The position numbers were made by a program, and so were the translations under genes. A DNA stretch of 58,950 nucleotides, taken from Gammaproteobacteria bacterium (GTDB lineage Bacteria > Pseudomonadota > Gammaproteobacteria > GCA-001735895). Below the pieces are notes generated by a model. That model had not been told where the DNA came from. It worked only from the letters and a program-made list of their open reading frames with translations, and did not search any database. This document shows, piece after piece, positions 49,920 to 58,950 of this stretch (the first letter of the stretch is position 1; each line of letters starts with the position of its first letter). Location of the stretch: contig JAIBDO010000002.1 of assembly GCA_024686195.1 (NCBI GenBank), positions 1 to 58,950 of the forward strand. Reading direction: 5' to 3'.

Positions 49920-50366
49920 GTGTCCTGTGCTGAAATAGCCCAGCTGCGCCGTGCAGATCTGGCGCGGCTCGAAGCCTTGTTGCGTGCGAATCAGCTACCC
50001 GTAGACGATTGTGCCGAACAGGCGCATCGATTCTGTGCCATTTACAGGGATGATCAGCTGATTGCCGCGGGCGCAATTGAGGCGGCCGGGCAGTTCGGGT
50101 TGTTGCGCTCTGTTGTGGTGCGGGAAGACTGCCGTGGAATGGGATTGGCGCGCAATATCACCGCTCACCTTCTGCAGCAGGCGCGGGAAGAGGGACGGCT
50201 GGCGATTTACCTGCTGACGGAAACGGCCGAGGCATACTTCGCTGCCCTGGGTTTCTCGTTAATACCCCGATCTGATGTTCCGCCTGCGCTTACCCGTACT
50301 CGTCAATTTTCCTCGCTGTGCCCGGATAGTGCCAGTTGCATGTGTCTGCAACTGCGGTGCGATTGA
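49920..50366 (+). CDS. GNAT-family N-acetyltransferase (ArsN2-like)
   Basis: 148 aa with a GTG start: LLRSVVVREDCRGMGLARNITAHLLQQA...TETAEAYFAALGF. Confidence 0.68.
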   Translation: MSCAEIAQLRRADLARLEALLRANQLPVDDCAEQAHRFCAIYRDDQLIAAGAIEAAGQFGLLRSVVVREDCRGMGLARNITAHLLQQAREEGRLAIYLLTETAEAYFAALGFSLIPRSDVPPALTRTRQFSSLCPDSASCMCLQLRCD

Positions 50367-50385
50367 TGAGTAGCCGGCGAAAAAC

Positions 50386-51606
50386 ATGAAATCAGCAAAC
50401 AGCAGCAAGAGCGAACCGTCGTCGCTTGAATTCATCATCCTCATCGCGTTGATTATTTCGCTGGTAGCCCTGTCGATCGATACCATGTTGCCGGCCTTGC
50501 CACTGATCGCAACCGATCTTGGCGTTACACGGATCAATGACAGCCAGTACGTGATTTCGGTGTTTTTTATCGGCATGGCCGTGGGCCAGATGTTTTTCGG
50601 TCCCCTGTCGGATGCGATCGGACGACGACCCGCGATCATCTCCGGTTTTGCCCTGTTTGCACTCGGGTGCCTGATTTCTATCTTTGCCGTCAATTTTGAA
50701 CAAATGTTGTTGGGGCGCCTGTTGCAGGGTATCGGCGCTGCGGGCCCGCGCATCGTCTCCGTCGCTCTGGTGAGAGACCGATTCAAGGGTCGCGAGATGG
50801 CCAGGGTAATGTCGTTTGTGATGACCGTGTTCATACTGGTTCCGGTATTTGCCCCGGCTATTGGTCAGCTGGTGCTTTTCCTTGCGGACTGGCGTTTTAT
50901 TTATGTCATGTTTCTGTTGCTGGTGGTGATCCTGGTCGCCTGGTTCTGGATGCGTCAGCCTGAGACCCTTGTGCCCGAGCGGCGAGTGCGCTTTTCCCTG
51001 GTACAGCTGGTGCTGGATATTCGTGCCATCGCGCGGATTCGTGCCTCGCTGGGCTACACCCTGACGATGGGGTTTGTGTTTGGCGGATTTATCGGTTACC
51101 TGAGCAGTTCGCAGCAAATTTTTCAGGTCCAGTACCGGTTACATGAGCAGTTCCCGATCTACTTCGGTATCCTTGCCTGTGCCATCGGCTGTGCCTCGTT
51201 GTTGAATGCGAGCCTGGTGATGCGTTTCGGCATGCGCCGGCTGTCGAGCTACGCGATGAGCGGTGTCTGTCTGCTATCTTTTCCCTTCTGGATAGTTGCA
51301 GCGCTGCAGTCCGGTCATCCACCGCTTTATCTGCTGATGGCTTATTTACTGCCGTTGTTTTTTTGTTTCGGGATTTTGTTCGGCAATTTGAATGCGCTGG
51401 CAATGGAGCCACTGGGACACATCGCCGGTCTCGGATCGGCCCTGATCGGTTCAATATCGACATTGATGTCGGTGGTGTTTGGCGTTGTGGTCGCCAATGC
51501 CTATGACCAGACGGTCATACCGCTGGTGGCTGGATTTGCCGTATTGGGACTGGCAGGTGTCATTACGATGAGCTGGACTGAGGCGAAACTCCGACAGGCT
51601 GGTTAG
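50386..51606 (+). CDS. MFS transporter (Bcr/CflA-type drug-resistance subfamily)
   Basis: 406 aa with 12 predicted TM helices: GPLSDAIGRRP. Confidence 0.85.
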   Translation: MKSANSSKSEPSSLEFIILIALIISLVALSIDTMLPALPLIATDLGVTRINDSQYVISVFFIGMAVGQMFFGPLSDAIGRRPAIISGFALFALGCLISIFAVNFEQMLLGRLLQGIGAAGPRIVSVALVRDRFKGREMARVMSFVMTVFILVPVFAPAIGQLVLFLADWRFIYVMFLLLVVILVAWFWMRQPETLVPERRVRFSLVQLVLDIRAIARIRASLGYTLTMGFVFGGFIGYLSSSQQIFQVQYRLHEQFPIYFGILACAIGCASLLNASLVMRFGMRRLSSYAMSGVCLLSFPFWIVAALQSGHPPLYLLMAYLLPLFFCFGILFGNLNALAMEPLGHIAGLGSALIGSISTLMSVVFGVVVANAYDQTVIPLVAGFAVLGLAGVITMSWTEAKLRQAG

Positions 51607-53101
51607 AGGCCTCGAGAAATTTCAGTATTTCGCTTTCGATGTCCTGTTTGTCCACCACCAGCGGGTGGGCGATCGGCTGCTTGAACAGGTTCGCAATGAC
51701 CTGCGGGATTTCCACCCCGGCGCTGCTGGCAACGGAGGCCAGGGCGACCTGGTCGGATTCGGGCTGATTGGCGTTGATGGCATTATCCATGATTGATGCG
51801 AACTTGGTCCATTCTGCCGTTGAATGAATAAGATTGACCCGGTCGGCGAATTCTGGCGCCTGGCAGGTTTTAAAACAGGTGGCGGTGTGCGGATCCAGCA
51901 GGTAATTTTTGTTGAAAGCCTGTCGAATGAATTCGCTGCCTTCTTCATCAGAACAATCGGCGGCGGTAAAAATTTCACTGATTTGCGCCTGTTCCCCGGC
52001 ATCGAGCTGATAGCGTCCGTCTGCGTCCAGCTGCCGCATCAGTTCGCGGGTTCGCACAGCTCCGAATAGCTCAAACAACACACGTTCAACGTTAGACGAT
52101 TTCAGGATATCCATCGCGGGTGATGTGGTAGCGATCAAATCGCGTTTACTGAGATCGTAACTACCGGTTTTGATCCACTCGGTAAGCACGTTGTTGGCAT
52201 TGGATGCGATGGCAATCTTTGCGATCGGCAAACCCATGCGTCGGGCATAAAACGCGCCAAGCGCATTGCCGAAATTGCCGCTTGGGATGTGAATCACGAT
52301 TTTGTCACCGAGCGTTATCTCACCCTGGCGCACCAATGCCAGATAACAATGGAACTGATACAGCATCTGAAAGATGATTCGTCCGAAGTTTACCGAATTG
52401 GCCGCGGACAGGGATATATTCAACTCGTTCAGGCGCTGGTTGAAACTGGGCGATGAGAGCAACGATTTGAGCGCCGCCTGGGCATCGTCGAAATTCCCGT
52501 GAATGCCGATCACTTTCAGGTTGCTGGCGTCTTCTGTCACCATTTGCAGGCGCTGTACATCCGAGGTGCCACCTTGCGGATAGAGGCAGGCGACGCGAAT
52601 ATTCGCGCGATTGCGGAAGGTGTCGAGCGCCGCTGGTCCGGTGTCTCCGCTGGTCGCCGTGAGGATAAGATACTGTTGCTGTTGTTGTTGTGCCAGGGTC
52701 GATAAAATCACGCCGAACGGCTGTAACGCCATATCCTTGAAGGCACGGGTCGGTCCATGATAAAGCTCGGAGACAAACAGCCGATTGTCCAGCTTGATAA
52801 CGGGCACCGGATCGGACGCGTTGTCGAAGTGATCGTAGCGGTCGAGTGCCTGTTGCAGAATCGTGGAGTCAATATCGATGTCGAAGTGTTCGAGCAATGC
52901 CAGCGCAAGTTCTTTGTAGGAGCTGTCGAGGTGCTGCCGCAGAAAATCCTCATCAATCGCGGGCATTTTTTCAGGGCTGTAGATGCCACCAAAGGATGCT
53001 ATCGGTGAGAGCAGGGCCTGCGAAAAGCGAACCTGTGCCGGACGGGTATTATCGTTACCCCTGGTTTCGGTGAAAATCATCTGAAATAGCGGCTGCATCA
53101 A
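51563..53101 (-). CDS. thrC: threonine synthase (long, about 510-aa type)
   Basis: 512 aa with YHGPTRAFKDMALQ (PLP lysine) and SGNFGNA. Its 3-prime end overlaps the convergent MFS gene by 44 nt. Confidence 0.9.
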   Translation of the reverse strand: MMQPLFQMIFTETRGNDNTRPAQVRFSQALLSPIASFGGIYSPEKMPAIDEDFLRQHLDSSYKELALALLEHFDIDIDSTILQQALDRYDHFDNASDPVPVIKLDNRLFVSELYHGPTRAFKDMALQPFGVILSTLAQQQQQQYLILTATSGDTGPAALDTFRNRANIRVACLYPQGGTSDVQRLQMVTEDASNLKVIGIHGNFDDAQAALKSLLSSPSFNQRLNELNISLSAANSVNFGRIIFQMLYQFHCYLALVRQGEITLGDKIVIHIPSGNFGNALGAFYARRMGLPIAKIAIASNANNVLTEWIKTGSYDLSKRDLIATTSPAMDILKSSNVERVLFELFGAVRTRELMRQLDADGRYQLDAGEQAQISEIFTAADCSDEEGSEFIRQAFNKNYLLDPHTATCFKTCQAPEFADRVNLIHSTAEWTKFASIMDNAINANQPESDQVALASVASSAGVEIPQVIANLFKQPIAHPLVVDKQDIESEILKFLEASNQPVGVSPQSSSS

Positions 53102-53349
53102 GGACTATCGAGGACGAATTATATCTGCATGCCCCGGCCTAACAAGCGGTTTTACGGTGATTTCCGAGCAAATGCCCTCAAAACATTGATTTGGCGCGTA
53201 TATTACTTCTACTCGACCTTGTTTATGCGTAAAATTCAGCCTTTGTTGTGGTGGATAATCCCGACCAGGTAAGCCTGCATAGTCGGGCTATAATTCCAGT
53301 CCAGTGTATCCAGTCAGCGTTCGCAGATAAAGAGTGCCCAGATAACCCG

Positions 53350-54471
53350 ATGTCCGAAGCTACCAAAATCAATCTACTCGACTTCAATCGTGCTGCGCTT
53401 GAGGCATTTTTCGTCGCCAACGACGAAAAGCCGTTTCATGCCCGCCAATTGATGCAGTGGGTGCACCAGCGCGGTGTCATCGATTTTGCCCAGATGACGG
53501 ACCTGTCAAAAAGTTTGCGCGAGTTTTTGAGTGCCAATTGCTGTATCGAAAGACCACGGATTCTCGATCGTCAACACGCCGCCGATGGCACTCGCAAGTG
53601 GTTGCTGGGTGTGGATGACAATGACAATGCCATCGAATGCGTGCTGATTCCAGAAAAATCGCGTATGACCCTTTGCGTGTCATCGCAGCTGGGTTGCACG
53701 CTCAATTGCAGCTTCTGTTCAACGGCAAAGCAGGGTTTCAATCGCAACTTGACGACTGCCGAGATTATCGCCCAGTTGCATTTCGCGCATCACAGCCTGA
53801 TAGCCGAAGGTTTCCCCCAGGGCGTGACCAACGTGGTGTTCATGGGGATGGGCGAACCGCTGATGAATTTCGATCCGGTGATAGCCGCGGTCGATATGAT
53901 GTGTGACGATTTCGGTTATGCGCTGAGTAAACGCCGTGTGACCATCAGCACCGCGGGTGTGGTGCCGGTGATGGAAAAACTTCAACAGGTTACCGATGTT
54001 GCCCTTGCGGTTTCCCTGCATGCGCCAAACGATGCGCTGCGTGACCAGTTAGTGCCGATAAACCGCAAGTACCCGATCAGTGAATTGTTGCGCGCCTGTC
54101 GCGGTTATGTCGACGGTCATCGAAGCCGCAAAATCACTTTTGAGTACGTGATGCTGGCAGGGGTCAATGATAGCCTTGAACATGCCCGGCAACTGGCTAC
54201 CCTGATCGTGGATCTGCCTTGCAAACTGAATCTTATTCCGTTCAACCCCTATCCACATGCGCTTTACCAATGTTCGTCGCAGGAAGCCATTGACCGCTTC
54301 CGCGATCATACCGCGAGCAAGGGCATTATCACGGTGACGCGGCGCGCGCGTGGTGAGGACATCGATGCCGCCTGTGGGCAATTGGTCGGCGCCTTTAAAG
54401 ATCGCAGTCGGCGCAGCCAGAAATATCAGCTCAGCCTGAAAGACGTGGGAGGATTGACCGTTGCGCATTGA
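53350..54471 (+). CDS. rlmN: 23S rRNA/tRNA adenine-C2 methyltransferase (radical SAM)
   Basis: I chose the ATG at 53350 (MSEATKINLLDFNRAALEAFF). Radical-SAM site CTLNCSFC; also GMGEPL. Confidence 0.93.
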   Translation: MSEATKINLLDFNRAALEAFFVANDEKPFHARQLMQWVHQRGVIDFAQMTDLSKSLREFLSANCCIERPRILDRQHAADGTRKWLLGVDDNDNAIECVLIPEKSRMTLCVSSQLGCTLNCSFCSTAKQGFNRNLTTAEIIAQLHFAHHSLIAEGFPQGVTNVVFMGMGEPLMNFDPVIAAVDMMCDDFGYALSKRRVTISTAGVVPVMEKLQQVTDVALAVSLHAPNDALRDQLVPINRKYPISELLRACRGYVDGHRSRKITFEYVMLAGVNDSLEHARQLATLIVDLPCKLNLIPFNPYPHALYQCSSQEAIDRFRDHTASKGIITVTRRARGEDIDAACGQLVGAFKDRSRRSQKYQLSLKDVGGLTVAH

Positions 54472-55207
54472 TAAGCTTTTGGGCGTGCTGTTGTTTGCCG
54501 GGTTTCTGCAGGCCTGTGTCGCTGTTCAGGAAGGGCAAACCCAGGATGAAAAGGCGAGCGCCGTCAACGTGCAGCTGGGGATCGGTTATATGCAACAAAA
54601 CAAGCTTGATCTCGCCAGTGAGAAACTGACCAAGGCGCTGCGCCAGGATCCAAAGTCGGCTCCGGTACATAACGCCTACGCGATTTTGCAGGAACGGCTG
54701 AAGCAAATGGATCTCGCCGAAGTCCACTACAAGGAAGCCACCAGACTCGATCCCAAAAATTCGCAGGCGGCCAACAATTACGGTGCTTTCCTGTGCCGCA
54801 CTGGTCGCGAAGTCGAGTCTGAAAAGTACTTTCTACAAGCGCTCGATAACCCCCTCTACAGTACCCCTGAGTTCGCCTATACGAATGCTGCTATCTGTTT
54901 GCTGAAAGTGGCGCAGAAAGACCAGGCGCGAAAATATCTGGACAAGGCGCTAACCGAGAGAAGCGATTTTGGACCTGCCTTGCTGTCAATGGCGGGGCTG
55001 TTGATTGATGAGACGGATTATGAGAATGCAAAAATTTATCTGGATCGTTATCATCTGGTCGCCAGGCCCAGTCCGAGAAGCCTGTCGTACTCAATTCGCA
55101 CCGCTTTGGAAGTTGATTCCGACACCGATGTGAGTGAATTAGTACAACGTCTTGGAACCGATTACCCGGATTCCGAGGAGTACCAACTCTGGAAAGCGTT
55201 TGAGTAA
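54461..55207 (+). CDS. pilW: type IV pilus biogenesis/stability TPR lipoprotein PilW (PilF)
   Basis: 248 aa with a TTG start, lipobox FLQAC and TPR repeats. In the conserved rlmN-pilW-rodZ order. Confidence 0.8.
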   Translation: MRIDKLLGVLLFAGFLQACVAVQEGQTQDEKASAVNVQLGIGYMQQNKLDLASEKLTKALRQDPKSAPVHNAYAILQERLKQMDLAEVHYKEATRLDPKNSQAANNYGAFLCRTGREVESEKYFLQALDNPLYSTPEFAYTNAAICLLKVAQKDQARKYLDKALTERSDFGPALLSMAGLLIDETDYENAKIYLDRYHLVARPSPRSLSYSIRTALEVDSDTDVSELVQRLGTDYPDSEEYQLWKAFE

Positions 55208-55208
55208 C

Positions 55209-56330
55209 ATGACCGATACTGAAGACAAGATGAATGATGCGCCGGCGCGGACGGGTGGAATCGGTCCGGGCGAGCGGTTGCAGGCGGCACGCATTAAGAA
55301 TGGCCTGTCACTTGAAGATGTGGCTAGCCGCATGCATTTAAGCCCGAGTATTCTCGAGGCACTTGAAGACAATAATTTCGACGAAATCACCGCACCCATT
55401 TTTGTCAAGGGCTACCTGCGTGCCTATGCCCGCATCGTGTCGTTGAGTGAAGATGAGATGATCGAGCAGTATGTCGATTTCTATTCGGAGGAAGATCCTC
55501 CGATTAGCTCGACCAGTAACATGGCGCCCGAACTGTCGCCTGCCGATACTCGCATCAAGTGGACAACCTATGTTGTCATTTTATTGCTCGCGGTGCTGTT
55601 GGCTGCCTGGTGGTGGAACAAGCAACAAAATCAGGACGCTCCGGTTTCGCTGGATGGGCAATCATCCAGCATCGATGATAGCGCTGCCACTGACCCCGTT
55701 GTTGACAGTGGTATTGAGGCCGTTTCAGAGACTCAGGTCCCCGCTGATACAGGCAGCGAAGTTAGCGAAGCGGATTCGGCGATAGCAACGGATGAAGCCG
55801 TGGTAGTTGGTGTTGTCGATAGCAGCGAAGCTGATCCAGTTGTTACCGATACTGAATCAGCCGAATTGATCGAGACTGAGCAGCTCGAGACTGAGCAGCT
55901 CGAGACTGAGCAGCTCGAGACTGAGCAGGTCGAGACTGAGCAGGTCGCTATGCCTGAAGCAGTTGAATCAGCTGAACCAGCTGCGGATGAAGACACCGCC
56001 TCGTTAGAGTCGGATCCCTCTGCCGTCGTTGAAGCGGAGCCGGTCGCAGGTACGCGCGAGCAACCCGAGCAGTCCGCACCATCAGGTACCGACAAGTTAC
56101 AGATTATTATTCACGCCGATACCTGGGCAGACGTAAAGGATTCGAACAGCTATCAGCTGGTTTATGATTTGCTGCGTGCGGACAGTTCGCTGGAATTGTC
56201 CGGGCAAGCGCCGTTTACCGTTTTTCTTGGTAATGGACACGGTGTCGAAATCATGCTCAATGGCGAGGAAGTGGGATTTGCAACGCGGATTCGTGACGAC
56301 AATACAGCGCGTCTCAATGTCGGTGGCTAG
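55209..56330 (+). CDS. rodZ: cytoskeleton protein RodZ
   Basis: I chose the ATG at 55209. XRE-type HTH (GERLQAARIKNGLSLEDVASRMHLS), one TM helix, an acidic repeat linker, and a C-terminal DUF4115-like domain (IIIHADTWADVKDS). Confidence 0.85.
   Translation: MTDTEDKMNDAPARTGGIGPGERLQAARIKNGLSLEDVASRMHLSPSILEALEDNNFDEITAPIFVKGYLRAYARIVSLSEDEMIEQYVDFYSEEDPPISSTSNMAPELSPADTRIKWTTYVVILLLAVLLAAWWWNKQQNQDAPVSLDGQSSSIDDSAATDPVVDSGIEAVSETQVPADTGSEVSEADSAIATDEAVVVGVVDSSEADPVVTDTESAELIETEQLETEQLETEQLETEQVETEQVAMPEAVESAEPAADEDTASLESDPSAVVEAEPVAGTREQPEQSAPSGTDKLQIIIHADTWADVKDSNSYQLVYDLLRADSSLELSGQAPFTVFLGNGHGVEIMLNGEEVGFATRIRDDNTARLNVGG
55872..55946 (+). repeat. 15-bp in-frame tandem repeat x5 inside rodZ
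   Basis: GAGACTGAGCAGCTC x3 followed by GAGACTGAGCAGGTC x2, encoding (ETEQL)3(ETEQV)2. Confidence 0.92.
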
Positions 56331-56343
56331 AGCGGAGTAGTCG

Positions 56344-57615
56344 GTGGGAGATCAACTTCAGGTTATTCGCGGGATGCACGACATTCTGCCGGCTGACATG
56401 CCCGTGTGGAACCATCTGGAAGATGAGTACCGTGCGCTGGTAGAGTCTTACGGCTATCGTCAGATTCGCACGCCGATTATTGAGAAATCGGCTCTGTTCG
56501 CTCGCTCTATCGGTGAAGTTACCGATATCGTTGAAAAGGAAATGTACAGTTTCGACGATCGTAACGGCGACAGTCTGAGCCTGCGTCCGGAAAACACCGC
56601 CAGTGTTGTGCGTGCCGGTTTGCAGGCCGGTTTGTTGCACGATCAACAACAGCGGCTGTGGTATTACGGCCCGATGTTTCGCCATGAACGCCCGCAAAAA
56701 GGGCGCTATCGGCAGTTTCATCAATTTGGTGCCGAGACTTTCGGCATGTCGGGTGCCGACATTGAAGCCGAGTTGATCCTGCTGGCGGCACGTTTTTGGA
56801 AACGCCTCGGTCTGCAGCATATCGAACTGCAGGTTAATAGCCTTGGGAGTAGCGAATGTCGACAGCGCTTTCGTCAGGTGCTGGTTGAATATTTCCGTGA
56901 CCACTACGCAGCGCTCGACGAAGACAGCCAACGTCGCCTGGAATCGAATCCACTGCGAATCCTGGACAGCAAGAACCCCGATTTGCAGGGACTGATCGAG
57001 GCCGCGCCTGCGCTACGTGACAGTCTCGATGAACATTCCTCGGAACATTTCAATGAATTGACGGATATTCTCGACCAGACGGGTGTCAGATACGTGGTCA
57101 ACCAACGGCTGGTGAGAGGCCTGGATTACTACTGTCATACGGTCTTTGAGTGGGTCACCGAGTCACTTGGTGCCCAGGGTACCGTGTGTGGCGGTGGACG
57201 TTACGATGGTCTCGTCGAGCAACTCGGGGGCAAAGCCAACTTCGCGGCTGGTTTCTCGATGGGCTGTGAACGCCTGGTATCGATGTTGATCGACCAGCAA
57301 CTTGCACCGCCGCCAGCGGACTGCGATGTTTACCTGTTGATGCGTGGTGAGAATAGCGTTGCGCGCGCGCAGCAACTTGCGGAGTCTATGCGTGATGCAA
57401 TGCCGCGCCTGAACCTGGTGGTGCATGCCGGTGCCGGGAGTTTCAAAAGCCAGATGCGCAAAGCGGACAAATCCGGGGCCAGAATTGCGATCATCCTGGG
57501 TGAGTCGGAATTAGCCGCCGGTACCGTGGCGGTAAAATACCTGCGCGAGCAACGCGATCAGGTGGAAATTGCGCAGGCCGATATAGTGTCGCGGCTGATG
57601 TCGCTACTGAATTGA
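56344..57615 (+). CDS. hisS: histidine-tRNA ligase
   Basis: 423 aa with a GTG start: IRGMHDILP...MYSFDDRNGDSLSLRPE.TA...YYGPMFRHERPQKGRYRQFHQ.G.E. Confidence 0.95.
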   Translation: MGDQLQVIRGMHDILPADMPVWNHLEDEYRALVESYGYRQIRTPIIEKSALFARSIGEVTDIVEKEMYSFDDRNGDSLSLRPENTASVVRAGLQAGLLHDQQQRLWYYGPMFRHERPQKGRYRQFHQFGAETFGMSGADIEAELILLAARFWKRLGLQHIELQVNSLGSSECRQRFRQVLVEYFRDHYAALDEDSQRRLESNPLRILDSKNPDLQGLIEAAPALRDSLDEHSSEHFNELTDILDQTGVRYVVNQRLVRGLDYYCHTVFEWVTESLGAQGTVCGGGRYDGLVEQLGGKANFAAGFSMGCERLVSMLIDQQLAPPPADCDVYLLMRGENSVARAQQLAESMRDAMPRLNLVVHAGAGSFKSQMRKADKSGARIAIILGESELAAGTVAVKYLREQRDQVEIAQADIVSRLMSLLN

Positions 57616-57632
57616 TTAACGAGAGAGTTTAA

Positions 57633-58256
57633 ATGGAAACCGAAGAAGAACAGGTCGAAAGACTAAAAGCCTGGTTGAAGGAAAACGGACTGTCGATTGT
57701 GCTGGGTATTGTCATTGGTGTCGGTGGCATCGGTGGTTACAACTACTGGATGCACGTGCAGGAAACCACCGCTGCCGAGGCTTCGGGTCATTACACGCAA
57801 ATGCTGGAAGCACTGAATGCAGGTGCTGACGATGACCTGCAGCAGCAGGCGAATATTCTGCTGGCAGATTACGGCTCGACTGAATATGCCTTGCTGGCTC
57901 ATTTGGCACTGGCGCGCATGCATGTCGATAATGGCGATTTCAATGAGGCTGAGGCCGCCCTGCAGCAGGTCATCGGTAGCGCCGCACAGGAACCTCTGGC
58001 CTATGTCGCGCGCACTCGATTGGCAGCCGTTCAGATACAAACAGAGCAGTATGATCAGGCAATCACCACTCTGGCGGTCGATTTTCCGGAGCAGTTTTCT
58101 GCTCTGGTGGATGAGTTGCGCGGTGATGCGCTGGCGTCGCAAGGCAAGACAGCCGAGGCGGTTGCTGCCTATCGCAAGGCGCAGAATGCCGAGCCACAAC
58201 CGGCAAATCTTGAATTCCTGCGCCAGAAACTGAATGACCTTGGCAGTCGTAGCTAA
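57633..58256 (+). CDS. yfgM: YfgM-family membrane-anchored TPR-like protein
   Basis: 207 aa: EEEQVERLKAWLKENG followed by a TM helix. In the position between hisS and bamB. Confidence 0.75.
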   Translation: METEEEQVERLKAWLKENGLSIVLGIVIGVGGIGGYNYWMHVQETTAAEASGHYTQMLEALNAGADDDLQQQANILLADYGSTEYALLAHLALARMHVDNGDFNEAEAALQQVIGSAAQEPLAYVARTRLAAVQIQTEQYDQAITTLAVDFPEQFSALVDELRGDALASQGKTAEAVAAYRKAQNAEPQPANLEFLRQKLNDLGSRS

Positions 58257-58261
58257 CGACA

Positions 58262-58950
58262 GTGCGTAAGTTATCGATACTAGTTCTGCTGGGTTTTCTG
58301 GCAGCCTGTGGTGGCAACAAGGACAACAGTGAGCCACCTGCATTATTGACCAGTATTGAAAATGCTATTCCCCTCGCTATTAACTGGAAGGTCGATACCC
58401 GGGCTTCAGACAACCGTGCGGCCCATCGTTTGCGGCCCATGATTTCCGGTGATCGACTGTACAGTATCGATAACAGTGGGTTGGTGAGAGCTATTGAACT
58501 CGAGAAAGGGCGCAGGCTGTGGCGCTACGAGAGTGGTTTTATACCAATTATCGGTCCTGCCGGGAATGCCCAGATGCTGATTTTGACGTCGCGTGACGGC
58601 GAGGTTGCTGCCTTTCGCGAGGTCGATAACAAAAAGCTCGAACCCCGATGGAAAATTCGCATTGGTAGCGAGATAAGGGCGACGCCGGTTACCGACGGTG
58701 CCCAGGTATTCGTGCGCAGTGTTGACGGGCGTTTGCGCAGTCTTTCCGCCGCCGATGGCAGCCTGCAATGGCAGATTAGCAGTCGCGTTCCCGCACTATC
58801 GCTTACCGGTAACAGTAATCCTGTGATCGCCGGAGATATGGTGATTTCCGGTTTTGATGACGGTAAATTGATTGCCTACAATCGTACCAGCGGCAAGACC
58901 CTGTGGGAGACCACCATCAGCGTGCCCACCGGGCGCACCGAAGTAGAGCG
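58262..58950 (+). CDS. bamB: outer-membrane protein assembly factor BamB (N-terminal part, runs off window)
   Basis: Not in the ORF track. GTG at 58262 gives VRKLSILVLLGFLAACGG (lipobox), followed by PQQ-like beta-propeller repeats (DGRLRSLSAADGSLQW, DDGKLIAYNRTSGKTLWE). Confidence 0.85.
   Translation, partial: MRKLSILVLLGFLAACGGNKDNSEPPALLTSIENAIPLAINWKVDTRASDNRAAHRLRPMISGDRLYSIDNSGLVRAIELEKGRRLWRYESGFIPIIGPAGNAQMLILTSRDGEVAAFREVDNKKLEPRWKIRIGSEIRATPVTDGAQVFVRSVDGRLRSLSAADGSLQWQISSRVPALSLTGNSNPVIAGDMVISGFDDGKLIAYNRTSGKTLWETTISVPTGRTEVE

Overview
This 58.95-kb window is chromosomal DNA from a gammaproteobacterium. The gene order resembles Pseudomonas and marine Cellvibrionales-type genomes, but that taxon guess is inference only. 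About 90% of it is tightly packed housekeeping sequence. The conserved blocks are: dapE-yffB-dapD-dapC (minus strand); ctaA; ispF-nagZ-mscS-hpt-MTAP-NUDIX; tRNA-Leu(CAA); queA-tgt-yajC-secD-secF; ispG; tesA/ybbA-ybbP; relA-dusA; a surE remnant followed by pcm-yqaA-nlpD-rpoS; hom; thrC; and rlmN-pilW-rodZ-hisS-yfgM-bamB.

The items I think deserve attention are:
1. An orphan FleQ-paralogue enhancer-binding protein whose sigma54-contact loop reads DSLAGA instead of GAFTGA. It is followed by a STAS gene and a single-domain PilZ gene.
2. A 1285-aa cytoplasmic protein that carries a whole phosphorelay plus its output in one chain (PAS-PAS-HisKA-HATPase-REC-Hpt-REC-EAL).
3. A 193-bp nested-palindrome MITE with perfect 20-bp terminal inverted repeats and a 9-bp target-site duplication, upstream of ispG.
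4. A 14-bp tandem array (6.6 units) full of stop codons, filling the gap between two convergent genes.
5. A surE gene reduced to a 58-codon stub.
6. ispG missing from its usual rodZ-hisS slot and present elsewhere as a long-type enzyme.
7. A DddP-like M24 protein.
8. A 760-aa acyltransferase/alpha-beta-hydrolase fusion.
9. A small, AT-richer islet on the 3-prime side of tRNA-Leu that contains an IS3-family orfA remnant and an FNR-type regulator.

No CRISPR array, rRNA or intact transposase was seen. All homology statements come from reading the translations and from memory of the protein families. No database search was run.
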